Source of the DNA: Haliotis cracherodii
Taxonomy: Eukaryota
DNA: 64,000 bases
NCBI RefSeq assembly: GCF_022045235.1
Contig: NW_027266297.1
Coordinates: 10,230,001 to 10,294,000, forward strand
Direction of reading: 5' to 3'
Below the pieces are notes generated by a model, which ran no database searches, was not told the DNA's origin, and saw only the letters and a list, made by a program, of their open reading frames with translations. Below are positions 49,006 through 61,514 of the stretch, one piece after another; the stretch's first letter is position 1, and each line of letters opens with the position of its first letter. The translations under genes were made by a program, and so were the position numbers.

Positions 49006-52000
49006 ATAAATGAAGAACATATTTTATACCTATCACTCTAAAACCTCTAGAGTATATTTCTAATGGATACAGAAGAAAAAGGTGACCACAAGGTTTATGG
49101 ACATTATGTTTGTAATGTTTTGATAGCTGGGATGTTTAAATGACCACATAGATAAACATATTGTTTGAATTAAAGTAGATCATTATAGCTATGACGCTTT
49201 TCCCGATAAATGTAAACACTACAATGTTCATTCACGAATAACATTATTTTAAGAATTGTATGTAATGAATTGTTCAATTAAAGAAAAGTCCATGTACTCA
49301 TTAAAGTGTGTTTGACATCGTGATGGAACGAATTGTAATTTTGTATTTTAGGCAAAATGTTAATATTCCGTTTTGTGTCATGTTGCAAGTATTCTTAATA
49401 TTATATCATTGAAAATGTTCGTGTAACTGTCTTCCCAATACAGATATGACCATGTGGGATTCATATTGAATAATACATTGTGTGGTTTTCAAAATTTAGA
49501 AAATGTACAAAGTGGCAAATTCAAACCACTGCCAATTTAAAAGAAATTGTTTGCATTACATGTAAAAATATATTTATTTAGAAACATTTTATCATATAAT
49601 TTTTTCATGTCATATGCAGTATTCATGTAAGCGAATGCTGTGTGCAATGCACAAGTGTAGTAAATTATTTAACTAATAAAAGCAAATCAAACAAAAAACA
49701 TATCGTTTTGTGTTCATACACAAGCCAATATCCCAAATGCCAATTGTAGCTCTGAAGAGAGGTGCCGGAAAAATGAATTCAAGCAGTTTCTGGCTCATAT
49801 TAAGTTGTTGGTTAACACACATACACACACAACTTTTCAAATACAAGATCAAAGACCCTGTCGTCAGTGAACATGATAAAACACCATTTATAAAAGTTCA
49901 TACTTTCTGAATCAGTATCCATGCATTTGGTGCAGGTATGTCTAAAGTTCAGAAAAGTGATATGTTCACTGCAATGAAAGTAACACCTTGCCGGAACTAC
50001 CGGTAACGAAGTTACCTCATGCTTTAGTAGCCGGGCTTCGTAGCACTTACATTTCTGTGTTGACAGCGAAAATATTTTACATCCAGTAAAAGATTTACTG
50101 GATAACTGTTTTTTAAGCGTCATTTGTTTGAAACTCTTCTTATTTTAACAGCTATGCTTCAAATACACTGCTAAGCGATCGCACCTCCCGGTTTCGGCGC
50201 CTTGTTTCTTTTTTGACAATTTGATAATTTAATGGGCTTGTGAGTTAGATAAAATATCTCAAACAGAAAATGAGAATTCATTAATTCAGAAAGTGTGAAA
50301 TAAAATCTCAGCACTACGTATAATATAAAAATTAATACAAGTATCGTATACGAGTATTTTTTTAAAAATATTACAAGTACATAAACTGTATTTCAGTTGT
50401 TAACGGATCAGGAGATTTAGTGTTTTTCACATTATAGTCGGGTTTTAGAACAGTGGATGATACGGTTGACCCAGTCGCGCAATGTGCTGCATTTCACTGA
50501 GCAGAAGTTTCGTGTCTGAGGCGCGCCAGTAAACCATTGATCGTGGCTTGCCGCCGGCGTGTGGCGGGGGTACTGCTGTGCGGCGGCAATCAAACACAAA
50601 CTTTTTATGCAAATGGTATGAGTGGCAGGTTTTACAGGTAGGGCAGGACATAATTACCCTCCTTGCGAACACCTGGTGTCATCACTGATTTTCAGTGATC
50701 CATCCATACATTTTCACCGCTGTTTAGTCTTTTTATGCCAAATGGAATCAGTTTCGGGCGAAAATTGAAACTAATTATTCTCTGGAGTCGAAATTCTATA
50801 TAGAATGCATCTTCCCGAGGCAAGAGAGTTAACTGACTTTAAAAGTCCAGTTTCCACCCTTGTCGAACTAGGCTGGAATTACTGGGTTCGATCGTAGCGC
50901 CACCAGTGGCTATTACCAGTTATGTCTCTTCTAAGCCTCTCCTATGGACCAATCAGAATCCACCTCTCGTATCACTTGCGTTTGCTTCACACAAACTGGT
51001 GGCGCCCAGTCAGGACGATCTGATCTATAATCAAGATCTATATTGTGATAAAACGGGTCTTACATCGCGAAATGCATCAAATCACGTGAGCACCTCACTA
51101 AGTTGGTGCTGGTATTGTGTCATTTATGTAAGTATTCATTTAAACATGTAAGTTGTCCATACATTTTTGCTTGACAATTAAAGATGACCATCAAAAGCGA
51201 CAGATGTTCCGAAATAATCATCCATAATAATCCCTGCTTCAAACAGAGTCCATTGTACGATTCCGTCCATATCATGAGCATGGGTTTATGAATCACACGA
51301 AAGCAGCACAAGAAATTGATTGAACGTATCAAACAAGTAATAAAGTAATTCACCAAGTCTTTCGATGTCTATCCATGAATAAAAATAACTTAACATTTAA
51401 GTCTAGCAGGGATCGATCACTTGATACAGTAGATATTTAAAGATATAAGGTGTGGGAATTCGATGATAGAAAGGTCCTTAGTTGTTGTTTGGAAATTCTA
51501 AAGGCGAGGTTTACAATTAAGATGGAGTGATATTTTGATTATAGATGTTGACACACATACAGGTTTGAAATAGTACCAATGGATAAAGCAATATGAACAG
51601 TTGTTGAATGTTATTATGTCTATTTTACCATCGCTCATTCCTGCACCAGTTTCTAAACAATAATCTATAGCTGGGTAATTGTGTAAATTTTATAATTTTG
51701 TGAATTTGCAACCACATCACCCATTCCATATTTAAAATATTGTAAATTGTGCCGAAAAAGGCAGATTTATTGAATTTCAAAGATATGATGTCTTAAAAAG
51801 AGTGCTTTCAAAGCGCCAGTAAAGTTCATTGTTTGGATATATTATCGCAAGATATTTTCAATTGAAAATCAAACATATGATAAAATTAACTGAGAGGTAT
51901 AGTTTCTTTTGCTCCTCAGTTAATAGAATGTGATCATAAAAATATGAAACATAGCGTTTTAATATGATTAAAGTATACTTATGAAATATGCTTTGTCGGT

Positions 52001-53001
52001 AAAAAATTATGAGAAAGATATTGTGCTTTAGGAACAGCTAATTTTTTAGTGTTATTAGTATGCCCATTTCATAATGTGCAAATATGATCATATATTCACG
52101 AACATGTATTAAATGTTCAATGACATAAGGTATAATTTAAATCTACACACATGATCAGTTTTGTTCGCGTAAGTTTATGTATACATTGGAAACTATTACG
52201 ATGACGTCTCGCTTTTGTTGATTAAGAGCTAGTATTTCACTGGCCATTGTGAACGTGCATTTAAAAAAGTAGAACTGAGGCAACTTTAGGTCATTCTGCA
52301 AAATTATAGACATCATATATCAACAATAACATGTTTTAAGTCGGAGAAATCACTCAGATCTATTGATTCCGGAAGTAGAATCAAGTCACCCCTTCGGGGC
52401 TCGTTCAATCTGCTTCCTGAATCAACAGGGTCTCCTTATTTCTCCATTACTTAGACACGAGACAAGATATACCTAAACAGACCAATGATGATCAAATCAA
52501 ACATTTGACGGTGCCGGTAGAGTGACACACATTTAACAATAGCATGTGTATCTCGATAATAACGTTCTATAAACGATATCATATACGAAAACGCCCACCT
52601 TGACCATTCCTGAGGATGAACCATTCTCGTGATCGTAAGACCTTGGGCTTTCCGTCAACATTGAGTGGTCACAATGTGATAAAACAGAAATAGAGTTCAA
52701 AGCGGCGTTAAACTAAACTCACTCGCTCCTAAGAGTGAACTGTCGAATTAAGGAGCCATATTTCACCAGGGAACGGAGTAATTTATGTTTGAGAATTATT
52801 GTACATGCCGTCAGAAAATAGGAAGTAATTATCAAACTACATAAAACATAACATGGATATAGATACAAGCATGCATTATTTTACATCGATACATGACCTT
52901 AAGTGAAATATCGATTTACGCATCCTCACACAATCTATCGCAATCAACTTAGCCTTCGGCGTGTCGTTACGAAGCCATACCAGCAACGATTGTAAGGTAA
53001 C

Positions 53002-53175
53002 GAGTGAGTGAGTGAGTGAGTGAGTGAGTGAGTGAGTGAAACGCCAAATTTAACAACAATCCAGCAAATTCACTGCGGGGACACCAGCAATGGGCTTCAA
53101 ACACTGTACCCATTGGGGGGGGGGGCTCGAACCTACCACGTAACGAGCGAACACTTAAACCCACCAGCCTACCCT
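53002..53175 (-). mobile_element. SINE family A copy with an expanded (GTGA)n tail
   Basis: Matches the family A core. Confidence 0.75.
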
Positions 53176-54335
53176 ATCACCCCTTTAGATATAATGTGTA
53201 ATAAGTCTTGTATTGTGGAACCATGACATGTAACATGCAAGCTCCACGGGAAGCACAGGTTCATAAATGATCGTTTTACAGTTTAATTAAAAGCGACAAT
53301 ACACTTTCTTTAATCATAAAATATCTCTGCTAAATGCAGAGTCCATTGTACGTTTGTACTAAATGCAGAGTATGTTTGAAACGTTTTGTGGGTAGTTCTT
53401 GAAGGCAATTGCAACATCACAAATCATTATCAAAGTTATAACGTGTTTTCATATCAATGAGAAATAAAATTTATACTTTTTCAACACCAGCGTGACAAAA
53501 TTTCAAGAATATTTTTGTCGTTGAGCCATCCTGAATTTCCAACGAAACGTAGGTATTGATTGTACATACATTCAGGTGCAATATTCATTTCGGGTAGTTG
53601 ACCTCGTCACATATCGTCACTATCGACCTCGTCATTGTCGATGTCGGAAAAATCTCCCTTTCATTTGTTTTATTCTTATTTATGGACTCCATCATGTCAT
53701 TAGTCATAGAATAAAAGAAAAACGAGTTCTAATTCATATCCGATTATTTCCAAGTTTTTTTCATAATTTACAAAACACATATTTCTGGTTGGCAAAAGGT
53801 GCCCTTATCATACTTAAGCCTTTACTTACAACGTGAATACATCAGTCCGGACTAGTACAAGCAGCCACACACACACACATACACGTGCATGCACATCGCT
53901 ATATAAGTGCAATAATCTTGGACGCGACGTTAAACCCCATTTCACCTCACCTACAACGTGAATATTATCGATAACTATTCAGTAACGACAATAAACACCG
54001 AAAATTTTAGCTAAATAGTTAAATAAAGCTATTAGACAAATATAGAAAAACAGCTATATTTAAGGTAAATCCATGTATACGGTTTTTTTTCAATTACATT
54101 TTTTGCAGTACATTTGAAGCGTGTGTGCATATTTTCATCAAAATTGGGTACGTGAATCAATTAATTCGAGGATTGGTATTTACATTAGTGTCTACACTGG
54201 GATCGTAAGGAATTAATTATTAAGTAACCCGCCACCCCTTGATTATATAAGAAGGTGGGACCGCACTTATGACCAGCGGCGCTTCTCTTAATTTCAATGA
54301 CATAACTAATAGTCTGGTGTATTGTATCCCTGGTG

Positions 54336-54341
54336 TATATA
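54336..54341 (+). promoter_or_regulatory. Candidate TATA box of G5
   Basis: GGTG-TATATA-GAC 68 nt upstream of the ATG, matching G4. Confidence 0.55.
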
Positions 54342-54403
54342 GACTCCGTCTAGTCCCGTCAGCAATATCAACATCTCAGGTCCTTCTCAAGCACACGCAC
54401 ACT

Positions 54404-56570
54404 ATGGCTTTCCTTACAGTAGCTATTCTATCTGTCATAGCTCACCTGGCCTTTGGTCAAGGTATGGGTCAAATGAGTAACGCTGGATTTGGCTTTGGTA
54501 ATGCTGGATCATCTTGGGGTCAAGCGGGAGCTGGCTTTGGTCAGGCAGGAGCCGGCTTGGGTCAGGCAGGAGCCGGCTTGGGTCAGGCAGGAGCATCGTG
54601 GGGTCAAGCGGGAGCTGGCTTTGGTCAGGCAGGAGCCGGCTTGGGTCAGGCAGGAGCCGGTATTGGTCAAGCAGGAGCATCGTGGGGTCAAGCAGGAGCC
54701 GGCTTGGGTCAGGCAGGAGCCGGTTTTGGTCAGGCAGGATTGGGTTTGGGTCTACCCAGACTTGGTTTTGGTCGACCAGGAGCAGGATGGGGACAAATAG
54801 GAGGAGTACTGGGCCAGAACACCATCAACCCTGTCTTCAGTAAGTTCATGCATACAATTATTTTTATTTCATACATTTTAAGGGAAAGCTATTCTTCTAT
54901 TTATTATATAATGCATCGGAACTTAACGTATTGAACAAACGGAACGATAATGCAATGTAATTGGAACACATATTTCAAGCGAATCTTATTAGTGTAGGCA
55001 AGGCACAGACCCAACGAATGTGGAACAAAGGCATAGCAGTGTCTTTATGATGTTTTGTAACTTTAAGCATATTGTTTTACACTGTTTTCATTATCGTTAA
55101 CCTGTCTTCAGACACTACCATCACCTGTACATTCAGCGCTACAGGGATCACGGGGTCCTTGACTCTGAGGAGGAGTCAACCAAGCTGGGGAGGATGGGGT
55201 GTAAGTTGTTTCTATTCATTCATCAGCTCGTGTCTCTTATTCAATCTGATCCACTCATATGTCATCAACGAGAGTGAGCGTTGTGGTAACCTAATGGTTA
55301 AAGTGTCCACTTGTCGCTCTAATGAATGGTTTCGAAAAACCAAGAGGGTACAGGCTGTTATTGGTGTTCTCGCGCCGTGATATGGTTGAAATGTTACATA
55401 CACAGCGTAAATCCACAATCACCCAGCTTACGAATATTGTCTATGTGCGATCTGGAAAATGTCAGAAAATGTCCGATCATGTATATATCCCTACTTCAGC
55501 AAAGCCCTGTCCGTGTGGAATGTATCATAATGACCAACAAGAAACCTAGTTATATTTTCTTTCTTAATATTCTAGTGGGGTCAATCCCGCGGAGGTCTGA
55601 CTGGATCTGCCGTTCTGCGAACATCCACTGTGTCAGGAACCTACAACCTCGTTATCACCGAGAGATCTCGTGTGGAGGCTGGCTGTACTGCTGATGGACT
55701 CGGTCCTGTCCTTGGAAGGTAAATATGTGACTGTATCTGGCGTGTCTCGGGGAAAGTTTTTAAAAAAAGAACCCTCTATATACATTTATTAATGTTTATG
55801 TTTTCTCCCGGAAAACAGTGTTTGGTGAATCCTGGGGTGTTTTTAAATCCAAGAGCTGATTCACACAATTAACCATATCAATTAACTCATAAAATAAAAT
55901 AATTTCGCAATTTCAGCAACGTGTGGGGTCAACAGTGGGGACAAGGTCTTGGTCAACAGTGGGGTCAGCCATGGGGACAGCAGTGGGGACAAGGATGGGG
56001 TCAATCATGGGGCACTGGAACGACCACTACCCCTGGAGTTGTCACATCTGTCACCCTCTCTACCAACCAGGAGACTGTCATTGACTTGGCCTCTGCCAAC
56101 CTACCATTCAGACAGATCGAGCGATACGGAGGACGTGGCATGGCTGTAAGTGATAGACCCTTTTGCACTATGTATTGCCATTTCATAATCTACCCATACA
56201 TGGACAAGGTTTATAATATACATGACTTTTCAAATTATACTCACACACAAATTCTCACATATAAAAATACAATAGTCGTTTTGATATTGACTCTTTATAC
56301 CAATGGTTTATGAGAATAAGATACATCGATTTACTCTTAACTGCTATTCACATTTCCGTTGTACACGTCCAAATCGTTCATGTTTTCGCAGAGGTATCCT
56401 TATGTTAAACACTCCAAAATAAACAAATGACATTTCTTCCAATTGTTTTCCAGCTGTGCACATCCTTGACCACTGGCACCGATGGACGTCAAGTGTGTGT
56501 TGAGCCTATCCTGGCCTGCTGCAAGTTGGGATTCGACAATCAGGACGCTGTCACCCCGGCAGCCCCTTAA
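54404..56570 (+). CDS. G5: near-identical paralogue of G4 with (GQAGAGx)11, about 337 aa. Exons 54404-54839, 55112-55200, 55576-55718, 55917-56145, 56454-56570
   Basis: GT..AG introns, 1014-nt open CDS. Exons 2-5 have the same lengths as in G4; exon 1 is 42 nt (two heptads) shorter. Confidence 0.9.
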
Positions 56571-56756
56571 ATCAGAAAGAGATTCTTTCTGGTTGTTCTC
56601 AGTATTTCAATGAGAACATATTTAATAGCTATTAATATAAGCAATGTGTGCTTCTAGTTTTGAAAATCAAGATACCAAAATATCTGACACAGTATCTTAG
56701 ACATCCTCAATCATCCACTGTGTTATACATGTATATCTATTCCATTATGATGAATT

Positions 56757-56912
56757 GGGCGGTGGGGTAGTCTTGTTGTTAAAGTGTTCGTCATGCTGCA
56801 AACCTGGGTTCGATTCCACACATGGGTACAATCTGTGAAGCTCATTTCTGGTGTTCTCCGTCGTGATATTGTTGGAATATTGCTTGAAGCGGAGTAAATA
56901 AGACTCACTCAC
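56757..56912 (+). mobile_element. SINE family A copy downstream of G5
   Basis: GGGCGGTGGGGTAG..GGGTTCGATTCC..ACTCACTCAC. Confidence 0.82.
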
Positions 56913-58103
56913 ATACTATTATAATGAACCCATTCGCACTTGAATTGTGACTTTAACCAAATTATCTCAAGTGCAAATTATCTCCTGTTTGCGGAGTTGC
57001 TGACAAGAGAATTGATGATAAACAACCCCATAATGGGTCCAGGTTATCTATCAAAAGCGACTGGTCATTAATTGCACTGTACAGTCGAGGATGTCTTTAT
57101 TGATATCTCTGTGTCAAAATAGATAATGCGATTATATCCTTTTTGGGTAATATGAAATCAATTAGGAAAATGTTCTATATGTAATACTTATTTAAATGTG
57201 CTTGAGCATCATTCAAAAGGGTTGGGTTTTAAAACGTTGATCTGTGCGTAGCTATCTGTTCAATGTTCATATGTTGTATGTATTTCATGTATGTAGTAAT
57301 TTATTTTAGAATAAAAATGAAGTTAAAACGATTTTGTTGTTGCCTGTTCCCTCATATTCAAACTTTCTGCAATAACGGGAAGAGATAGAAGACGTTTATG
57401 CTTACATGTTTACCTCTTTCGCGAACGCCTAATCATAGCTAATTTTCAGTGATCCATTCATATAACTATCCTCATTATATTTAGGCAGATAATCGAGACT
57501 GATTATTCCCTTTTTTAAGAGCTACCAGTATATTCTTCAGAACATGCTTGTATTGGTTCAAAACGTTGATCATATCAACATGGCGGTCGGATATGATTGG
57601 AGACATGCCTTTCCACTGGGTTCAAAGGCGCGAGATGTACCAAATATTTCATTTAAGTAAGCAATTCTTTATCTTAAACCGAAGGCAAAAGAAACTATAC
57701 CTATCAGTTGATTTTATGATATTTTTGAAAATATAAGTAAGCGATAATATATCCAAACAATGAACTGTACTGGCGCTTAGCACTCCAAGAATACGTCTAC
57801 ATGACTGTATTTTTTTTCAAATTCGCATAATGCACAATTGCTGATGGGTAGACATCATGTCAAGATTTTTTTTCGGCACAGATTTACAACATTTTAAACA
57901 TGGTAGGGTCATGTGGTTGCTAGTTCATTTCCGCCCTGGTCTTCATTGAACCTATTTATTTTTACACAAAATAACTCAGCCACTTATTACATTTTAAAAA
58001 CTGTTGCAGGAATGGGTGATGGTTAAATAGACATAATACAATTTAACCACAGTTCTTTCAACAAACGGTATACTTTCTTTTCACCCTCAGTTCAAGAAGA
58101 ACG

Positions 58104-58377
58104 ACCCGTGAAGATTCCGGGGTAGAATAGGTCTTCAGCAACCCATGCTTGCCCTTAAAGGCGACTATGCTTGTCGTAAAAGGCGACTAACGTGATCGGA
58201 TGGACAGACTCGCTGACTTGGTTGATGCATGTCATCGATCCCAATTGCGTGGATCTATGCTCATGATATCGATCACTGGATTGTCTGGTCCAGACTCGAT
58301 TATTTACAGACCGCCGTCATATAGCTGGAATATTGCTGAGTGCGGCGTTAAACAACAAACCAACAACAACAACAACA
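58104..58377 (+). mobile_element. SINE-like family C copy (non-tRNA head, (CAA)n tail)
   Basis: TSD TCAAGAAGAACGAC at 58092-58105 and 58378-58391. Confidence 0.88.
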
Positions 58378-58602
58378 TCAAGAAGAACGACAATATTGTG
58401 AAGGATTATTCTTAACGTTTCTAGCTTTTACGACGCTTTAAACACTATTTCAATCTCATCAGGGTTAGGGACACCAGCAATGGGCTTCACACATGAGGAA
58501 TTGCGTCCGTTTGATCAGCCAAAGCGTTGACCACAATAATACCTGACCGCCCCATCTAGATACTCGAATAATGACGAGGGAGAATAGACATATTGGAGTT
58601 AT

Positions 58603-58850
58603 GTTTGTTTGTTTGTTGTGTAACGCCATACTCAGCAATACTCCTGCTAATTTACGGCGGTCTGTAAGCAATCGAGACTGGATAATCCAGTGATTGACAT
58701 CATGAGCATCGATCCACGCAATTGGAATACGATGACATCCATCTACCAAATCAGTGACCCTGACCACCCGCTCTCGTTAGTCGACTCTCATGAGAAGCAT
58801 AGTCCCCTCTTACGGCAATCATGGATGCTGAACACCATTTCTAAACCGGG
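58603..58850 (-). mobile_element. Older family C copy
   Basis: Diverged reverse-complement match to 58104-58377. Confidence 0.75.
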
Positions 58851-59780
58851 TTTATTGGAGTTTTGAAACAATATTAACTGGTTGCTAAAAAGTCAAACAT
58901 GCACTCTTTTGTTAGCTTATTTAATTGAAATGTGAGTTTGATTTAACGCTATTTTGAACAGTATTTCAGTTATAGCACGGGCGTGTCGGTTTGATGTGAG
59001 AGGAAAGCTCGAGGTGACGTTTTACCACTTTTGTTAAACTTTGTTTTAACCCATGTGCACACGGGGGCGTAAATGTTCTCTGTTGGGTATATTTTGGTAG
59101 CGCATTTTGCCGTGTGCATGCAACATGTATGGCATTACCAAATGACAAAAGAATGTATTCTCTTTTGCCCTAAACAAGGGCTAAAATTAGTTTAATTAAG
59201 GACCACAACACATGGATGTTATAAAAACCGTTTGCGATGAGATATTCTTTTTCAGGGCCCAGGTATTTCAAACCCTGAACTTGTATGGCCTTCACATGTG
59301 GCTAACTCGCATTGCACGTGCGGTAAGTGATGTCTATGAGAAGCTCCATACGCAATACGCGTGCCATGTTACATAATCTCCAAGGTAGCTTTCAGGTTAA
59401 ATTGTGCGATTGATATGTGCGACGAAACCTTCGACCTGCATCTTATGATTTTGTAAGAACGCTGGTTATCAAACCTGTACATCTACTCTATGAGAAAGCA
59501 ATATTCATTTTGTCGCTACATAAACGACTCTATGAGTCTTCTTGTAATGAAGAACACCTTCGACTGTCAAATTATTTTTGTGCTTTGTAAGTGTGTTCGC
59601 GTCATGGGTATGACCACTGAAAGAAATTGTGTTCGTGTGGGTTGCTGCACGTGATCAGCTGATCAATCCCACACGTGCCAGTCCCTCGTAGTTACCGAGT
59701 GCTTGTTGTATGCATCTAGTTGCCAATGAATGAATTGTTGACTGTTTTTATCCGCATATGAATGTGTTAAGCATTAATTA

Positions 59781-61514
59781 TTAATTTATTACAACCACTG
59801 GCTTGACCATGTCAAATACATTTGAGACAATGATTAATACTGATGGGACCATGTCAGATACAGCATGGGCGAAGTCAGATACTGATGGGACCATGTCAGA
59901 TACAGCTTGGTCGAAGACAGATACTGAGCTGACCCTGTCAGATACAGAAGAGGTCATATCAGATACAGCTGAATCAATGTCGGAAAGAGCTTGGACTAAG
60001 TCAGATACACCTGGGACCGCGTCATATACAGCTGCAACCAAGTCAGATACAGATTGGACGAAGTCAGATACAAATGGGACCGCGTCAGATAGAGCTAAGA
60101 CAATGTCAGATACTGATTGGACCACGTCAGATACACCTGGGACCGCGTCATATACAGCTGGAACCAAGTCAGATACAGATTGGACAAAGTCAGATACAAA
60201 TGGGACCGCGTCAGATAGAGCTAGGACAATTTCAGATAGTGGTGGGACCATGTCAGATACGACTTGGACGAAGTCAGATACTGAGGTGACACTGTCAGAT
60301 TCAGAAGAGGTCATATCCGATACAGCTGAATCAATGTCAGATAGAGCTTGGGCGACGTCAGATACGACTGGGACCGCGTCAGACAGAGCGAGGATAATGT
60401 CAGAAACAGCTGGAACCAAGTCAGAGTCAGATTGGACCGCGTTAGGTACATCTGAATCAATGTCAGATAGAGCCAGGACAATGTCAGATTGAGTTGGCAC
60501 TAAGTCAGATACATATTGTACCGCGTCAGATACAGCTGAATCAATCTCAAATAGAGCTAGGACGAAGTCATATACAGCTGAAACGAAGTCAGAGTCAGAT
60601 TGGACAAAGTCAGATACAGCTGAGACCAAGTCATATTCAGCTGGAATTACGTCAGATAAAACTACGACTATGTCAGATACAGATGGGACAATGTCAAATG
60701 AAGATGGGGCCATGTCAGATGAAGCTAGGACCATATCAGATAGAGCTAGCACCATGTCTGATACAGCTGCATCAACGCCAGAAAGTGATGGAACCATATC
60801 AGATACAGTTGGGACCATGCCAAGTACAACTGGGGACATGTATGATACTGATGAAGCCATGTCAGATACATATGGAACCAAGTCCGATCCTGTTGGGACC
60901 AATTCAGATACAGCTACTTCAATAGATGATACAGATGGGACCATGTCAGATGTAGTTGGTACAAAGTCAGATACAGCTGCACCAATGTCCGATAAAGATG
61001 GGACCATGCCAGATACTGATTGGACCATATCAGATACAGATGAGACCATGTCAGATTCTTTTAGGACAAATTCAGATGGAGTTGCATCAATCTCAGAAAG
61101 TGATGGAACCATATCAGATTCAGTTGGAACCATGGCATGTACACCTGGGGACATGTATAATACTGATGATGCCATGTCAGATACAGATACAGGGACCAAG
61201 TCCGATCCTGATGGGACTAATTCAGACACAGCTGTGTCAATGCCAGGTACAGATTGGAATATGCCAGATACAGATGGGACCATGTCAGATTCAGATTTGT
61301 CCGCGTCGGACACAGCTGGGACCATTTCAGATTCATCTGGGACTGCTTCAGACACATATTGGACCATGTGGGTTACAGATGGGAACAAGTGAGATACAGA
61401 TGGGAACAAGTGAGATACAGATTGGGCTATGTCGGATACAGATGGGACCAAGTGAGATACAGATGGGACCAAGTGAGATACAGATTGGACCATGTGAGAT
61501 GCAGATGGGACCAA
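59781..61514 (-). CDS. Possible coding exon: 577-codon Ser/Asp/Val-rich heptad repeat (SDxVxxV)
   Basis: Stop-free despite heavy unit divergence; the indels I could see preserve frame. No convincing start codon or splice sites. Confidence 0.35.
   Translation of the reverse strand: MVPSASHMVQSVSHLVPSVSHLVPSVSDIAQSVSHLFPSVSHLFPSVTHMVQYVSEAVPDESEMVPAVSDADKSESDMVPSVSGIFQSVPGIDTAVSELVPSGSDLVPVSVSDMASSVLYMSPGVHAMVPTESDMVPSLSEIDATPSEFVLKESDMVSSVSDMVQSVSGMVPSLSDIGAAVSDFVPTTSDMVPSVSSIEVAVSELVPTGSDLVPYVSDMASSVSYMSPVVLGMVPTVSDMVPSLSGVDAAVSDMVLALSDMVLASSDMAPSSFDIVPSVSDIVVVLSDVIPAEYDLVSAVSDFVQSDSDFVSAVYDFVLALFEIDSAVSDAVQYVSDLVPTQSDIVLALSDIDSDVPNAVQSDSDLVPAVSDIILALSDAVPVVSDVAQALSDIDSAVSDMTSSESDSVTSVSDFVQVVSDMVPPLSEIVLALSDAVPFVSDFVQSVSDLVPAVYDAVPGVSDVVQSVSDIVLALSDAVPFVSDFVQSVSDLVAAVYDAVPGVSDLVQALSDIDSAVSDMTSSVSDRVSSVSVFDQAVSDMVPSVSDFAHAVSDMVPSVLIIVSNVFDMVKPVVVIN

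Noticed and set aside
54269-54403. Upstream in-frame ATG extension of G5
   Set aside because: It lies upstream of the shared TATA motif and has no counterpart in G4; ATG 54404 matches G4.
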